From the NCBI RefSeq assembly GCF_006345805.1, contig NC_043007.1:36704001-36768000 (forward strand): a stretch of DNA of 64,000 nucleotides. Direction: 5' to 3'. Made by a program: the position numbers and the translations under genes. Positions 59,583-64,000 of the stretch are shown one piece after another. The notes beneath the pieces were generated by a model. That model ran no database searches, was not told the DNA's origin, and saw only the letters and a program-made list of their open reading frames with translations. The DNA is from Octopus sinensis (taxonomy: Eukaryota). Each line of letters opens with the position of its first letter. Position 1 is the stretch's first letter.

Positions 59583-62500
59583 CAGGAAAACAAATTTATT
59601 ATTGAAAATGAAAATTGATGAGCTTCCCTTTGTATTAAACGCTGTCCAATAATGAATGGAAAACTTTGCAGAGCTAAAAAAATATCCCCCAGAGTTTTGG
59701 AATGACATCTATTGAACCGATAGAAAACCAAAAAGGAAAACAAAGTTTAAGGCTGACTGACTGAAATGTGAAGATTTCTTTATTGCTCTTAGTGACTGAT
59801 TTAATTAAAAAACATTTAAGAAAATTTGGTGTAATTAAAACAGGCACAAGAGTCTCATTGAGAAAGTGCTTGCATTGTTTTATATTAAATCAGCATATTA
59901 TTTTCCTCACCATATTATCACTGCTGCCACCACCACCATCATCATCATCACTATCACTATAGTTGCTGCTGCCACAGGCATCATCATCCTTAATATTTAT
60001 CTTCCATGTTTGCAAAGGCTACACCAGTGCTTCTCAACTGGGGTCATTATGGCCCTTAGGGGTTCATACAAGATTCTTTTGTTAAGATTTATGAGTAATA
60101 AATTGCTTATACTTGTAAAATACATAAAATATTTTAACAATTTTTTAAATACAATTCCTAATAAGGTTATCAGAGAAGGTATTGTTTATATGTGGAAGAT
60201 GCACAGGATCCATAAAAACTTTAGACACTCGAGAAATTGATTTCCTCAAATGCCCTGGTGGCTTATAAGAGGTAGTAGATAATTTTTGCTACCTAAGGGA
60301 CCAAATTAGTGGTTGACTATGCTGGCATAGGTTGGACAGTTTGACCATAGCTAAGAAGCTGGAGAGCTGCACCAGACTCTAGTCTGATTTGGCATGGTTG
60401 GATTCTATGGTTGAATGCCCTTCCTAATGCCAACAACTTTACACAACTTTTGTACCAACTGATTTTCAAAACAACGAAGAATTTGGTAAAATAATTTTAT
60501 CATTATTAAACTGTGTTTGGAACATAAATTATTAGGAAATTTTGATGGAGGGTCTTAATTTCACTCACTTCAGAAAAAGAAACCTATATCATAAAACCAA
60601 GGATGATCATAGGAGGTTTAATATCAAAAGAATTAATTAATCCTTCCATCAATGAATGTAAATCCCACCAGATAGAATTCCTCTCCCTTCCCACTGGTGT
60701 TTTCCTCTTTTTTTTTTTATATATATTTTTCTGCTGATATTGACTTAGAAGTGTCCAGTATTGATCATCAACTGAAATTAATCAATATTCATTGGTCTCA
60801 AAGTTCCAGCGAAGGTCATGAACACCTGCACCCACTCCACTCTTGAGCAAAATCCAAACAGAAATGAGCCTCTAAATAATCACTTGACTCACAAAAAAAA
60901 GTAGCTAACTCCCTCTCTCAAATAATTGTCTTAAAAACAGGATACACTACATAACATAATTTTAGATATAAGAGATGGGATGGTCAGTTAGAATACCATT
61001 GATCATAGAGCTGTTCAATCAAGGCTGACCTGTGGCTAAACAGCTACATCTAAGAGCACAGTACATCATTTAGTCATAGATAAACTGTCTGAAATTGGTG
61101 CCTTGTGTAGTCCTGGATACACCATGTAAAAAGCACCTTGTACACTCTGTAGAGTGGTTGGTATTAGAAAGGGCACCCAGCCTTAGCAACCATGTTAAAG
61201 CAAACAGCAGAGCTTGGTGCAGTCCTTGGGCTTGCCAGCACCTGTCAAACCATCTGATCCATGCCAACATGGAAGACAGATGTTAAATGATAATGAAGAT
61301 CATATATACATATTTATACACATATATATACGTGTGCATACACATATATGTGTGTGTATACATATATATATACATACATACATATTGTTGTATCTAGGGA
61401 TGGTCATGTTGACAATTTAGCCAATAATACATGCACTATACATTTGGTGTTCATTTGCTTCAGCCTTATTTCATATTAACTGTATTTCAGCCAGAGTTCT
61501 TTTGTAACACTTCTGTGGCCTCATCAGTGGTCCTTTGCTTTCTTCTTTCTTTTTTGTGTCACTCCTTCCTAATGATTTGCCATTTTGTATTCCTGTTGTA
61601 TGTCTTTATTTGCACAGACGCATATCCCTGTGTGTGTATGGTTCCTGCATTATCAGCATCCCATTTATTCATGTTCGCTTAATTTAATTTTATTTCGTTT
61701 TATCTACTTCTTTTTACATTTCTTCTTTTTTTGTATTAATTTAATTTATTATATTTTGTTTACATATTTAATTCCATTTATTTATCCGTCTATTGTATTA
61801 GTTTCATATTATTATTAGTTTATGTATATGTATTAGTATATGTATGTATATATATATATATATACTGTTGTGTCTGGGGAGAGTCATTTTCTTTTTGTGC
61901 CTTATAATTTAACACACTCACCGGTAAAATTTCCACTTATTTTTTATTTTTATTTTCCTAAAATTTTCGTTGTGTCTTGCAACCTTTTCAATAGTCTTGA
62001 CTCTCAAAGAATCTTACAAACCAAATCCAAAAACGATATATATATATATATATATATATGTACATATATGTACTATAGTAAACTGGCCTTTGTTCTCTAG
62101 AATTCATAGGCACTCTTGTTTTAAATTGGCCATTGCTACCCAAAGATAATATATAAATATAAATATATCCAAATTTAGGGGATGGAGTGGATAAATTCTT
62201 GTTTCAGTCGTTTTATTGTGGCCATGCTGGAGCGCCACCTTTTAGTCGAAGAAAATAATCCCAAGACTTATTCTTTGTAAGCCTGGTGCTTATTGTATCA
62301 GAGACTTTTGACAAACCACTAAGTCTCGGGGACAGAAACACACCAACATTGTCAAGCAATGGTGGAGGGAGGGGGAGAACAGGCACAAAGTCACACACAT
62401 AAATATATATATATATCACTGTGACCGACCAGGCTATCAGATGTTGCTACACATCGCTGGTCACAATGCGCTTTGCATTGTTTTAGCCTTCAAGTGACGG

Positions 62501-62925
62501 CATCCCGCTGGCTAAGCGAGCAGATCAACAGAAGAAAGAATGAGATAAAGTTGTGGCGAAAGAGCACAGCAGGGATCGCCTCCATCCCCTGCCAGAGCCT
62601 CGTAGAGCTTTAGGTGTTTTCGGTCAATAAACACTCACTACGCCCAGTCTGGGAATCGAAACCGCGATCCTACAACCGTGAGTCCGCTGCCCTAACCACT
62701 GGGCCATTGCGCCTTTACATATATATATATATGTGTGCATATACGATGGGCTTCTTTTCAGTTTACATCCATCAAATCCACTCACAAGGCTTTTGTTGGC
62801 CCAAGGCTATAGTGGAATACACTTGCCTATGGTGCCACGCAATACGACTGAACCCAGAAACATGTGGTTGGAAAGCAAGCTTCTTAACACACAGCCATGC
62901 CTATGTATGTATGTATGTATGTATG

Positions 62926-63370
62926 TAAGGATAGCAGGATTCCTAAGCAGATGCTCTATGGAGAACTTGTGAATGGAAGGAGACTCCAGCAGAAACCAAG
63001 GCTGCGATTTAAGGACTGTGTCAAGTCCTCATTAAAGGCCTGTGATATGCAGGACACTGACTGGGAGAACAATGCCTGTCATCGCCACAGATGGAGGAAG
63101 CAGGTTAAGGAGGTGATCGACACTTTTGAGAGAGCACGTATCCAGCATGAAGAACTTAAGTGAGCTGCACGAAAGCACACGGCTCGTATAGTGAATGGGG
63201 AAAGCTTGGTCTGCAATATTTGCAGTCGTGTATGCTTGTCAAGAGCAGGGCTCATTAACCACCAATGGAGCCGCAAGTGCAAAATATAAGGTAGTCCTAG
63301 AGTGCACAATGTTCCTGAAGGTCGGCAATGGTCTTCCTCGGTCACGAGTGGACAGCCATCATGTATGTTT
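62926..63370 (+). mobile_element. RTE-BovB-like LINE 3' end with a terminal C2H2-like motif
   Basis: DSRIPKQMLYGEL..G.R...KPRLRFKDCVKSSLKAC...WE..A..R..WR, then CNICSRVCLSRAGLINH. Confidence 0.88.
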
Positions 63371-64000
63371 GTATGCATGTATGTATTTATTGATTCCCTC
63401 CACCTCCCATGGAATGGACTGGAGCAACATGAAATAAAATGTCTTGCTCAATGGCACAATGCACAGCTGGAAATTGAACTCATAACCTCACAATCATGAG
63501 CCAAATATATATACATACACACAAACATATGCATCTAAGTATGTATACTCTTGAGCAAGACACTTTATTTCATGTTACTCCAGTTCACTTAGCTGTAGAA
63601 ATGAGGTTAGCATGCATGGATGACTGCTGGTCTTTCATAAACAACTTTGCCTGGACCTGTGCTTCTGTGGGTAACTCTACTCTCTAGGTGCAATCCCATG
63701 GTCATTCATGAGCAACGGGGGTCTTTATGCTTTTTACATCTACTCTTGGTTTTGTATGTTTATATTTATACATATCTATGCAGGTGTGTGAATGCATGAA
63801 ATTCCAAGTATGAGTAGATATGCTTGTATATTCATGTACACACTCTATTTACATGTATGTCTACATATTTGCAGGTACTTTCATTTATGTGTGAGTATGC
63901 ATGCATACATATTTTTTATTTATTATCAGTCAAATTATTTATTTATTTATTTATTTATTGAATGGTGTAACATGCCTGGCATTTGGAAAATATGCGTTAT

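Overview
AT-rich, repeat-saturated eukaryotic DNA. The SINE, RTE, R4/Dong and Penelope content looks like an octopus (cephalopod) genome; this is my inference from recognising the families and was not checked by a search. Most of the window is tRNA-derived SINEs, RTE LINE 3' ends, R4/Dong endonuclease remnants sitting in (TAA)n tracts, four decayed mariner elements, a decayed piggyBac transposase, a Penelope-like RT remnant, several MITE types and many microsatellites. No intact long gene is visible. Short splice-site-bounded segments suggest a large-intron host gene on the minus strand and possibly another on the plus strand, both low confidence and unidentified. Three things stand out. (1) A 3.6-kb non-coding fold-back element in (TA)n with ~1.07-kb inverted arms, each carrying an outward-facing minimal hammerhead ribozyme; one copy is intact and one has a core-adjacent mutation. 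(2) A ~310-bp hairpin element whose apex is a 72-nt tRNA-like cloverleaf, with the acceptor stem continuing into the inverted arms. (3) A lone LTR joined to a 39-nt copy of the tRNA-Trp 3' end, including CCA, that stops exactly before tRNA position 37. Most ORFs in the supplied track are microsatellite or repeat artefacts. Repeat boundaries are approximate unless termini are quoted.
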